Source of the DNA: Kudoa neothunni
Taxonomy: Eukaryota > Animalia > Cnidaria
DNA: 64,000 bases
Assembly: GCA_964304625.1 (NCBI GenBank)
Contig: OZ199840.1
Span: forward strand, 5,383,200 to 5,447,199
Reading direction: 5' to 3'
Below, one piece after another: positions 27,552-40,215 of the stretch. The notes beneath the pieces are model-generated. The model ran no database searches. It was given only the letters and a program-made list of their open reading frames with translations, and had not been told where the DNA came from. Every line of letters starts with the position of its first letter. The stretch's first letter is position 1. A program made the translations under genes and the position numbers.

Positions 27552-28902
27552 TGAAAATAAAAATATTCGTTACTGAAATAAAATTTTCAATAATTCGATA
27601 CTGTTTAGTATATTATTCAATTTATATTTGTTAAATATGATAAAAAATAAGGAATGCATATCTATTTATAAGTCAGTAATGTTAGCATGTTAACAAATCC
27701 TCTCATAATACAGAAATATTTTTCAACATTTGAGCAATTAATTATACTTGAAATATTAATGTTACAAAAATAAAGCTTTGTTCCCAGATTTCTTTTAATA
27801 TTGTAAGGTAATAATAAAAACTTACCGTAAAATGATTGGAGTTGGTAATACTAAGATTACCAAGCCATATGAGGTTCATAGAATATAGTGATAAACATGA
27901 ATCAAATCAATTTTTATTGTTTACTTACAACTTTACCATTTTGATTCTACTCATCGAATCTAATTGCGTCGTTCTTGAGTTTCCGATCAGATCGTTATGT
28001 TCGTAGGTTGGAAAGAAGATTAATTCATACTAAAAATGTCCATTATTTTTTGCTCAAATATAAACTGTTAAAACGACTATGAATAGATTAACTCATGATA
28101 TTATTAAAATATCGTCCAATTTAAGGTCGAATTAAATGAAATTAATATAATTATCAACCATGAATACACTACTTAAACTAGAGGTAAGGTTATTTATTTC
28201 AGAGTATGTTTTTTAAATACACTTACAATATATGAATCCTTTTGGACAAACTAATAAAACACCAAATGAAAAATATTTTATTTGTACGTATAACGATTTT
28301 AATTAATAGAATTAATATCCGATAATTTCGTAGTAGCGACTCAACAATCTCTGCCACCATTTTGAATTTTTGGTTTGTAACAAAAATTAAATACAGTGAT
28401 GCAAGTATCTTATTTTAGTAAATATCCCAATTAATTATATGTTTCATTAAGCATAATTTAAAATATTTTTTATCCTTAGTTCTAAAAGTTAATATACCAC
28501 TATTTAGGGAGATCATAAAAATAACAAAAAATATGAAGTCGAAAGATAATTTATCAAAATTAATATTTATTTCTTCAATTAATACCCTATATCATATTTT
28601 TTTTAATTCTTACAATTCCAAAAACATCTGCGAATCTCATAAACCCTCGAAAACACGAATATTGAGCATATGGTGAATTTTTTGTAAAAATTAAAATACA
28701 ATTTAATTGAATAAATCAATATTATATTATAAATGAATCAAACTTTAAAGTTATGAAACCTTGTATTCGATGTGTTGAAGAATTTCCCCATTCGAATGAG
28801 ACTATCTAAATTACAGATTATTGATGCCCAAATATCATATGTTGGTTAATATATATCCCACCAATGAAAATACCATAAGCACACGAAACATATACTTTAG
28901 AC

Positions 28903-30069
28903 GGATCACATTTGATATCCGCCCCCAAATAATCCTATAACATTGTCGAGATAAACGTTGGGGCTAATCGTTTTTTTACCGCCGCTAACACTAATACCGC
29001 ACCATGAGGATTATCGACTCACAAACACAATGTATAAGGATTATTTCGTTATTAACAAAAAACCACACAACCATGATTGCACCAAGAAAAACATTCAATT
29101 AAATTTTTAGTGAAGAGAAAAATTCCATCGAATATCTCATTGAACGTGTCATTCTTGAAGAGCCTACTAATTGCAGTAAATTTGGTGGAATCAAATTTTC
29201 GATCCATAGAATAAATTGGCGATGTTTTGCACAGTCTTCCTGGAAAGAATTCTCTATTTTCGAATATACAATCTTCAAAAATAAGAAACTCAGTGTTAAT
29301 GATTTCAAGAAATTAGTTTATTATTGGTTAGGAGGTGTGAAAACTCTTAACTTGATAAATATTACTGGGTACTCCTCTCAAACTATCACAAACTATTCCT
29401 ACTAACTTAGCAAAATCATGGTCGACAGTTTACGATTCGAGGACATCATAATTGGATGAGAAAATACAGTCGTAGAAATTACTGAGCCCATGTTTGGTAA
29501 AATAAATCATAACAAAGGCCATGGTGTTAATGGAGAATGGGTTCTTGGAGGTTTCAAAAGGAAACCCGAATTGAGAATGTTTCTAGTGGAGGAATCTGAT
29601 AGAAATGCTGAAACTTTAATAAAAAAAAATAAAAACCTATGTTAAACCAGGTCCAATTATCATCACTGACTGGTTCAAAAAATACGCCTCACTTCATAAT
29701 TTCTACACTCATCTCACTGTTAACCACAGTATAGAATATGTAGATAGTGTTTTGGTAGCTCACATCAATACTATTGAGGCCACTTGGGGTGTCATAAAAT
29801 ATCGAATGTCTCCCAGAAATAGAACATCATCGGTTAATGAGGATGGAACTGTTCGTATGGATGACATTAATGAATTTCTCGGTGAATTTCAATGGAGAAG
29901 AAAAAATCAACATGACTTATGGAGAGGTATTATACAATCTCTAAAAATTAATCTACAATCAAACCACTCTTATTAGCTTTTTTGTTGCGTTTTGTATAAA
30001 ATTAGATTTTATAATAAATATAAGCATTATTTTATTGAGGATTAGGGAGCTTAGACCAAATTTCCCCCC
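28903..30069 (+). mobile_element. Merlin / IS1595-ISXO2-like transposon, decayed
   Basis: Transposase fragments ~29070-29976: VVEITEPMFGK...GHGVNGEWVLGG, DRNAETL, YVKPGPIIITDW, HLTVNHS, HINTIEATW, FLGEFQWRR. Degenerate TIRs GG...ATTTG.T.T..GC.CCC...TAATCCT at both ends. Confidence 0.8.
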
Positions 30070-30167
30070 AGTGGAAAAATTAAATATTTAATAATGAAAT
30101 ACTAAAATATTTTATTAAATTTTTATTCCCTGTACCAAAATCAAAGAGTCAATAATCTCCATTTTAA

Positions 30168-32306
30168 CCCCCAAACGCACGGAAAACGAATTTACATGTT
30201 CGTTCATTCGGGGTACTATTGACTCCAGAATTTTTTGAACATTGAATTATGAAAAAAATTCAATCATTATTTAACTAAACTGTGAGAGGAAGATGTCGGT
30301 AAAATATTGAAAAATTCCACAATTATAAATCATTGATGGTTTTTCACGATTATTAATGAAACATTTAAAAGGTTGTATTAAGTATCAATTTTAACGAATT
30401 TAACATGCATTTCAATCTAATGGGATTTAATAAAAATTTATACTAATGTGACTATTGCGTGGATTTAATTTTGTGTTATAATTATTGGTCTATGGTCTTT
30501 TGTAAGATATTCAATACTATTGAAATCCCCGTTTTTTACTTACATCATTAACAGATAAAATTTGAAGAATTTGTAAACTATGTTATGTCCCGGCATTGTA
30601 TAGCTATTTTGGAGATTGTCTCGTCATTGCATGGTTTGGATATCACGAGAAATCAAAGAAGTTTAACCGATAAGATAGCTATCATTGAATTTTATCAATC
30701 ACAAGATGGACTAATGATGCAAAAATACAGACTATCAAAATGCCTAACATTAAAGATTCATTAATATAGATTTATTTTAGTATTGAATCTTCATATTTCA
30801 TTCATCAATGGAATGAATATTATCACAGGTAAAATAATCAGTAGTTGTGACCTTTCAGCAAAGAGAATATGTATTATTGACACAAATTTTAAAAATACGG
30901 ATTCTGAAATTTATAAATAAGTCGTTAGAGAAGTGAATAATAGGACAGGTGTTTCTGGCTAGGTCATAATAAAAAATCCAATCACATTGCTGACGAGATT
31001 AATAACAGGATTTTAACACATATTGAGTTTGGGGTTATTTTTGACCCCATAATAAATAATTATATTATAACATAACCAACTCGCCAAAATAAATTAATTT
31101 AAATATTGTCTTTGATATTAAAATCTTTCCAACGTTTTGGACCCTTCGAAGATTTTCTAGAAGGATCCTGAACAGTGGTAGGCATAACATGACCTCTGGG
31201 CCGGATCTTCCCGTGATTTTTCTTTCGGTCATCAGGAGTGATAGCAATATTACTATAGAATTCATCTATTTGTGATAGGTATGGGATTTAGTTCCTCTCT
31301 AAGATATTATAAAACTCAGACTAATAATAATTCATGCGTAAATATAATGTAGCCATATTTTTTTATACTCAAGTTTAATAACTGTTTACGTTAGACTTAC
31401 AATTAGAAATATGATTACTTATTAAATATGGCTTACAATATTTTAATAGTTTGAAGAAATAAAGCATATGAATTATCGGAAACATGCGGCGCCACACAAG
31501 TTAAGAAAATTTAAAAATCAATAAAATTGTAGAAGAAAACTTCCTTTTCTTATATTTTTTGGAATGGCGGTTATTATAAACAGATTAGCCCTATTTTAAA
31601 TAATAAAATTACTCAGTAACAAACTACCCCATTCAATAATCTATACATAAATCGATTGAAAAATTAATAATTTAATTTATTAATTTTTTGGGGGAAAAAT
31701 CAAGTTCGAAATATATTTTGTCTATTTCTACTATGCTATCAAAAATAATTACTAAACCAATTAAGCATGTAATTCCTTCACAAGATGTTTAATTATAACC
31801 ACAGCCGATTCCAAAAAACGAAAAATAAATAAGTGGTGCCTTGATTTTAATAAATATTTGGTTGTAATTTATTTATTTGTACATACTTGTTAAACACTAT
31901 TTGTCTTATTTATCACTATATCTGTGAAATACTGAAAAAATTATAATTATGTTTTATATTAAAATTTATTTCAAATGCGATTAAATTTATATTAATATTA
32001 AATTCTTTAAAAATAATTGCCTTCAGACCTGTGATCAAGAAGAAAATATAATGTTTAATATCATTGAAGAAATTTCAAATGAATTCGACATGGACGAAGT
32101 AGTCAACCAAAGTTAAATTTCACTGAAACGAGATTTAAATTAAAGAATAAAATGTTCAACTCGTTATTATAATTATATCCAAAATTATAATTATATAATG
32201 TTTTACAAATTTTATAATTTTGGTCGTTCTTGAAGGAGTAATTTATTTGTAAAACTACATTTTCCCCCTGGGTCAAAAAGGACTCCTAACATATTTAAAG
32301 GTGTAA
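30168..32306. mobile_element. Heavily degraded piggyBac-like remnant(s)
   Basis: TTAA-CCCCC start and palindromic end motifs GGGGTACTATTGACTCC (30210), GGGGTTATTTTTGACCCC (31031) and GGGTCAAAAAGGACTCC (32270). Boundaries are uncertain. Confidence 0.3.
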
Positions 32307-35300
32307 ATTATCTTATCTGTACGAGTGTTAATGTAAGCAGAGGATGGCTCTCGTGGTTTTAGCAAAGATTTGACCTCGCTTAAAATAAACTTCATGGGAG
32401 GCAAATCATGTCAATCGCTAGAGCATTGATTGTGGATACAAACTAATTCAGCATCAATAAATAATTCAGAACCAAAAGATATATTTTATGTTAACCATAC
32501 TGTTTTTAACGGGTAAAATCAATAAAATACTCATTAAAAATATGAAACTGATATAAGAATCGAGAAATTTACAAATAAAGAGTAACAGTTCTGGTTATCG
32601 CATCGTTCATGGTATATAAATTCATTTTAGATGTTGTTAGTAAATATAAAATTTACAGATGTTTTAGAGGTATAAAGAACTATAAATAGATTACTATACC
32701 CAATAAAATACACTGAAGTACTCAGATATTTTTAGCCAAATTTCAAAAAAATAAATTTATAAGTTAAAATAAATAGTGAAATTTGTTAATTATATTTGAT
32801 CGAACTTACTTACGAAAAAAATACACCTAATTTCGATAAATCTCAGCTATTATTCTTAACAAAGAATGCGAGAAATCGTATACCTCCCCTATATTTAGTT
32901 ATAATACATTTCTAAGTATCAACATCGTTATATCTTCTTATATATTTATCAGAATTATTATTTATCCAAATGATGTTTTATTAGAATTTTTGTCGTTGTT
33001 TTCTCGTTTAATTCATGATTTCGAAAAATCCATAACATAATATGAAAATTGTATAATAATAAAAATATAAAAACCACAAAAAGGTATTTATTAATAAAAA
33101 TTTTTTAACAAAAGTGTTTAACTAATTTGTTTAGTTAAATGAGATTTTCGGTTACATTAATTATTCTAGCATAATTTAAAAAACCATCAAGTGTTCATTC
33201 AAACAGAGTTGTTGACCTCACATATGTTTTTCGTACTTAAATAAATCTAAAATAGTAAAGAAAAATTATATTTCTGCTGATTTTCATAAACGATTGCAAA
33301 CTTATTAAAATGTTTAGACACTGATGAGCGTATATGTCAGGATAATGTTAGGTGCTTTTTATCTTACTTGGACTATTCCAGTTCCCGTAGAGCCATGCAA
33401 TAACTTTATCATATTGTATTTGTAGGCTATAAGAAATTGAAACAATAAATTAATTTTCATAATAATAGAATTTAAAATAGAATCTTAAATATTGAGTAAA
33501 TCCCACGCTTTTATTCAGTTCGATGAATCCACCATATGTAGCCAATAATATTGCATTTCAATTTGATAAATTTAATATAGATCAAGATTTGAAATATAAA
33601 AACATATATTTAATACTAAAAACATATGAATAATGAATTTTTTATAATTATTTCAGAATTTTTCTGCAATCATTTTATGGTTGGATCTTAAATGGCAGAT
33701 AGAATACAAAAATGATTTGTACAACATCAAATGAAATTAAAATGTGGCAGAGAAAATAGTTTCCAAATGTAAAGTAAGATTTAACGTCAAAAAAGGATAA
33801 ATATACATAAAGAAAATGTATAGCTTTAAAAAAAGGTTCTTATTGAAGCCTCTATTTATCAACAAAGTGTTTTAGCCGTTAAATAAAATCTCATGAACTT
33901 GAAAATTTTTGCAATTTTTTTATTGTACAAACCCCAAAAATGTTTTTTTCTGTCATAAAATCCATAGTTTGCTTCAAAAAATTACTAACGTAAGGTGAAA
34001 TGTTACGTAGTCGGCTCTAGTTGCATTATAAATTTTTAAATTAAGTTATACATTTATTACTTAATTAAGGGAATTTTTGTCAAGAAAAATTTTTTTTTCG
34101 TCATGAGTACACTGAAGTAATTATTTTCTCAAGTGTATAAAAAATATCGAGGTTTTTTTACCCCAATGGTTGTCTAAGGTAATTTTTCTATGCTTGTTAG
34201 TGTGAAAATAAATATGCTTTTAAGTTGAAAATTTATTCGGTAAAATCAATAATTCATTAAAGGTAAGGATTTTTTTTCCATAAAATCTTATAATTTCTCA
34301 TAATCCATTATGATTAATGGTATAAGCATAGAAATATGAATTTAATAATCTCTTATTTGATTAAGAAATGTTGAATCGAACGATATAACTGATATATTAA
34401 TATTAAATTAACTTTATTAGATTATATTTTATTTGCCTGTAATTTAATTAATATTTCTTCAATAAATTTAAAAATTTTAATTAATCATGAAAAAACTCTG
34501 TACGGCGTAAAAATGAATATTTCAAACGATGAATATCATTACAATACAAATACATAATTGTGTATTTCGGCAAAATATATTTTAAAATAAAATAAATACT
34601 TAAATTATTTCACTAAAAATATATATTATCTATTGTTGTAATCTGTAAGTTTTTTTGATGATTTACTATTTATCTAACTAATGATAAATAAAAGATACAT
34701 ATGTTTGAACTATGACAAAAATGATAACGGCATTCTTTGTAAATTAAATTCTACAGATTTAATTTGTTGATTGTATGTTTATTTCTAGAAAATAGAATAG
34801 TAAAAAATTTAAGCAATATTGTTATTTCTATCTATAATATGTAATTAAATGATAAATAATCTAACAATCTCTATCTAACGAACTTGAGATATTATTTTAA
34901 TTGTGTTATAAAACGTTGTATTTAAAATTAATTGCATTAATTTTAATCAAAAATAGTTATTAAAAATTAGTAAACATAATAAGAATATATATGACTTAAA
35001 ATAATAAACGAATGAAAATTTTATTCACAAATCTATTAAGTATTGTTCTTTGAAGTAATATTATTAAATGTGTAAAATATGATTCTTGATTTTAATTAAT
35101 AGAAATAAAAATTCTAAAAATTGATTTGAAAAATTACGATCATTCCTGAATAATAAAAAAATTATATTCCAATTAAAATAAATATATAATTTGATTAGAT
35201 TATTTTGAAAGGCAATTAAAATGGAAAGTAACTTTTATTAGTTAATCAAAAATTATCAATAATACCATAATCAAAAATTTACACAGATTATATTATAAAT

Positions 35301-35739
35301 GCATTTACTTGTATTTAAAATTAAATTATATATACTATTTATTAAATACGTGAATATCATTTTTAATATTTTTTAAATTGATATCATATATTTAACTTCT
35401 TGCTATAATTAACAACCCTGATTAGAATATAGATCTTTAATAAAATATGAATTTATTCACACAGTGACACAAAAATATATATATATATAATAAATGAATA
35501 ATTTTTATTTGATATTTTAATTTTTGAATTATAATAACTCGAAAAGCAAATTATGTAGATAAGACATTTTTATAGATTTAATGTAATCAACCAATTAAAT
35601 TTATTCTTTACTAAAGAAAACGTTATCATTTAATCTATGATTATATTTATTTTATCATAATATTGTAATCTTTGCTAGATTATTTAGTATTTAATGATTG
35701 AACACTCATCTCGGATAAAAGTTTATTACAAAACAGCTA

Positions 35740-36665
35740 ATGATTTCATTTTTTGCTTGTTTCCTATGTAATTTGATACAAATCATATAGTAATCGATAA
35801 ATCTAGATATTACATGTCTGTGCAATAGAATAATTACTGAAGTTGTGAGTTGATTATTATAAAATATTCGCTTTAAACCAAAATATTTATTTCATTTATA
35901 GCTGATAGTAAGAGATTTGGCTCAGCGAGACCTGGCATCAAATCTTATGGAATTCCTTAATAATGATTTGTTTAAATACGATGAACAAATTGTATAATTT
36001 AATTTTATAAACATTTTCAACGAATGTATAGAAACAAATAATACAAGAGTCAATTCAAGATTTACCAGTGTTTGTCAACAAATTCCCAATAAAATCTGAA
36101 GTGTGTAAAATTTATGCGTTTTGTGATGGAAACACTAGTACATTAATATGCTAGTGAAAAATTTATGTATAATAATTAATCATAGTTTTCTGTTGGAATA
36201 ACAAAAGAACATGTTTCCCTTGTATTGTAATTACAAGTTTATAAATAATTAATTTTTATACGATGATTATAGCTGGTAAAAATCCTTTTTTTTAAGGAAG
36301 CAATTGGCCAGCAGATTCCTCTTGGTCCAGCCGTAAGTCTTATTATTGTTACGACTATAATACATACAATCCAATTGATTTTTTAATGAACTTGGATTAT
36401 AGGATGATCTTCAGCTTCATGTGGCCTCGAGAACAATATGTGAAACAGCAAAACTATGCGAAGGTCCTTATGTGCCTCCTCCACCACGTAAATAGATCAG
36501 AGTTTATTTTTCATTTACCATGATAATTAATAAATATTTTCAGCATCACAGGCTTGTGCATCATACTTCAGAAATACCAGGAATAACACTACATTCCAAC
36601 AAAACCATGATTATATTGAATATGAAAATTATCCCCGTTTCACTCGATGGCCGATATATCCTTAA
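35740..36665 (+). CDS. Secreted 6-Cys family protein, gene 5; 8 exons, 189 aa
   Basis: MISFFACFLYITCLCNRIITEV/LIVRDLAQRDLASNLMEFLNNDLFKYDEQI/KQIIQESIQDLPVFVNKFPIKSEVCKIYAFCDGNT/IFCWNNKRTCFPCI/LVKILFFKEAIGQQIPLGPA/DDLQLHVASRTICETAKLCEGPYVPPPP/PSQACASYFRNTRNNTTFQQNHDYIEYENYPRFTRWPIYP*. Confidence 0.88.
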
Positions 36666-36933
36666 ATATAGCAACTACCCATTTTGAATTAGTTAATTCA
36701 CTGTGTTCTTCTTGTGTTATTAATATTGTTATTATACAAACTGCGCAAATTGTTTATATTTTTATTAAATTTTATGATTTATAAATTCCAACTTTTAATT
36801 ATTTTTGGGAGTGATAAGGAAATAATAATATAAATTGGTAAACAAAGTTTCAAAACCTAATAATTAACGTTAAGATTTAATCGTCGTATGTTTAAATTAT
36901 TCATTTTTTTAACCAAGAGAAAATTATATTTTA

Positions 36934-37005
36934 CTAGCGCAAACAGACCAGCTCCGCACGGGATTGGGAAAATTTCGTCACAGATGGTCACGCTCGAAAA
37001 ATAAA
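36934..37005 (-). mobile_element. Non-autonomous Helitron 3' end
   Basis: Minus strand reads CCCGTGCGGAGCTGGTCTGTTTGCGCTAG-T (GC-rich subterminal tract plus CTAG before T). Alignable to 50376-50445. The 5' end was not located. Confidence 0.5.
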
Positions 37006-39282
37006 GAAACATTGGAACCTTTTAATTAGTTCATAGTAGAAATTAAATTAAACTAATTTGAAATATTGATGAGATTAGAAATACATGGAATAATCGATCA
37101 AGAAATTCGTTCTTATGAGACTATGATAGATAAAGTTATTATAATTTCCATTTACTTAATCCATAATACAAGGTTTAATGAAAATAATTATATTTCCGTG
37201 GTTATCTGAATAAGACAACGAATGAGCTATCCCTAAAATATTTTTTATTATAATAAATTTATATTTGATAAAATAAAAGCAAATTAATTTTTAAATTTGT
37301 TTCTGTATGTATATTGTATATTGTATACTAGGGACGCATTCGGAACTAAATTATTTTATAATTAATTTATGATGTTTATAAAAACGCGAAATTCGTTTAA
37401 ATGAATGATGAAATTTTACGTAACATAAACAAAGGTGGAATATTAGTCTCTTGCAATAATCTTAATTTAACAATATATTATATTGTATATTTTAACTCAA
37501 TGAAATTTAATTAATTTGACAAATTAATAATTACATCGAAATATCCCATTATTTTTTTTAATTTGTTAAATTTCGCGTAAATATTATAATGTGGAATAAA
37601 TTTTAAACACAATGTCTTTTTTCACATTAGTTTTTTGAAATCGCAACAAATTATAGGATTAATTTTATTTTTTTTTGAGTTCTCCTTATTAATAATTTAT
37701 ATAAACGAATATATGAAGAACCAAAAAATACCGAAATAATTGGACAAAACAAATATAAAAATAATTCCTAGTTGACACATATAGTTTCAACGTTTGAAAA
37801 GGGTAGTGATTTTTAAGAGATTAGCGACCCATCCTTAAATTACGAAGAAAATTAAATGAGCTATAAATTAATAAAGTTTTTCATTTAAGTGTAATTCGAT
37901 ATAATAACCTCATGTGAATCCTCTGATTAACTAAAGTACAACTAAATAAAATAAAAACAATGTACCGTTGATTTAAATAATTTTGCATGAAAAAATCATT
38001 GTGAAAAGTATTTTTCTTGAGCAACGTTTCCTTGTAACCAATGATTTTGGGAATTTTTAGAATTATCTATTTTTACACATTATTCCAAGGTTTTTTAATG
38101 AGGTATGTTTTCATGAAATAATTTTGTATTATTATTTTAATGTGTTTGAATTTAAAAGAATTGAAAATTATGTTACGAAATAGTCAATTTCTGTAATACT
38201 TTTTTTGTGTTAACCCCGAACGATAAAAAGCAATGCTCTTATTTTATCAATACAACATTTATTTTATAACCTACAAATAAGCCGGTCGAGAAACGGTCTG
38301 AAAAATAAATTATTATGCTTTTCATGAGTGATAAGTCATATTAATTTAAAATAGAAAACTATACCATATTTAGTTACCAGACATTGACGTTTGGAGTATT
38401 TTATTCATTCTCTCAGTCGTCACACGCACGATTTAACTCAACTTTCTCGAGTTAAAAACTATGTATATTTAATGTAATATGTATTTAAAATGTACTCAAA
38501 ATGATTTTTTATCCACAAAATTTATGCAAACTGAAATCAAATTATGATTTAAGTAAAAAATTATGCTAAAATTTATTTATTTAATTAATTAAGAAAATAA
38601 ATTATTCCATTTGAATGAGTTAAAAATAATTTTTAAAACTTTGCTGTTAAATTAAAATTAACATCAATAAAAAATAATGTTATATTATTTATGAAAAAAT
38701 TATTACATAAAGTATGTAATATAATTAACGTTATCGACATATAATTAATATTTCAATGACGTAATAACATTTCCTGTGGAAAACATATATTTCCAACACA
38801 ATATATTTTTAATCTCATATCGTTATCAATATATCGATTTTTGATTAAGCTAACATCTAATCTAATTAAAATCTCAAATTTTTAAATAAGGATGATTAAT
38901 ATAAGTTTAAACAAATATTTATCAATATTTGAATTCTTTATCGTGTAGTGAATTCATAGATATTAATAAATATAAATAATTTTACCAAATTTTTAATATA
39001 AATATATCAATTATAACATTTTTGTGTAAAAAACTTACGGGAAAACTTTTTAAATTACAAATATATTTAGTAATTTAATATATCACTAATAACTCACTGT
39101 GATTGATCATTATTTCGAACTTCTGAAAATTAATTCTTTTTAATTATTGAATTTATCGTTAACCTTTTTGATAAATGATACAATTTATCAATATTTAATG
39201 TTTTATTTATATTGATAATGATAATTAGATATGATTTGTATATAATCAACAACTCGAGAACTGATACAGATAAATAGTAAAG

Positions 39283-40215
39283 ATGAAAGTTACGTCGTTT
39301 GTTAAATTGGTTTTCTTGTGTATTCTATGATATACTGAGACATTTTTAAATTCATGTAGTTTTCTTGAATTTAAAAATCACTTTTCAAGAGGACAATGTA
39401 AAAACTCCCCTAAAAATATAATATTGTATTTCCACATAAAATGTAATTAAAGCTTAGGGTTGTGGGTGATGCCATTGATCGCATGAAGACGACAATAGAT
39501 AATCTTCGTCATAATAAGCTATTTGACAAGAACCCAATAAAAGTAATTTAATCAAATTAACAAAATAAAATAATTCTTAAAGGCCGATATTATAAACAAA
39601 GCATTCAATAACCTTGACGAGTTTGTTAATCAATTCCCAGTAAAAAGTGAGATTCGCGAGAAGTACGCGGTGTGTGTCGGGAATGACAGTATTTCACTTT
39701 TTGTTCAATAATAATAACTATTCAAATAGTCCAATCCTGGACATATAAAACGATGTGCCTGCCATGCATCGTATACATTATTTCTTAATAAATTTTTATA
39801 TTTCTTTAGTTGATTCTGCACATTTATAATATGAGGGTCACCGGAGACCATAGTGAACTATACCACTATGTAACGCATTTTTTTATTACAAATTGATAGT
39901 TTATTTAAAAACTATTCTATCTTATAATATTTTAATCCATTTTCAATATAGGATGAGTTACAAATCTTGATGGCTTCCAAGTCTATATGCCAGGTAGCAC
40001 TATTTTGTACCGAAGAGCAATTACAATCAGTATCTGGTATGATTCTCAGAGAGATAAAAATTAAATCTTTTCAAAAAGTATATTTAATCATATTTCTAGT
40101 AGGTGAAAAATTTATTCATATGAATGCCGATAATGGATTAAATGAAGCTATCACTAACTTCTTGAATAGCAACAAATTACGTATCAAAATTGAAGGAGAA
40201 ATTCCAAAAAGTTAG
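39283..40215 (+). CDS. Secreted 6-Cys family protein, gene 6; 8 exons, 190 aa (first conserved Cys replaced by Arg)
   Basis: MKVTSFVKLVFLFFLNLKITFQEDN/LRVVGDAIDRMKTTIDNLRHNKLFDKNPIK/ADIINKAFNNLDEFVNQFPVKSEIREKYAVCVGND/IQSWTYKTMCLPCI/LILHIYNMRVTGDHSELYHY/DELQILMASKSICQVALFCTEEQLQSVS/VGEKFIHMNADNGLNEAITNFLNSNKLRIKIEGEIPKS*. Confidence 0.87.
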
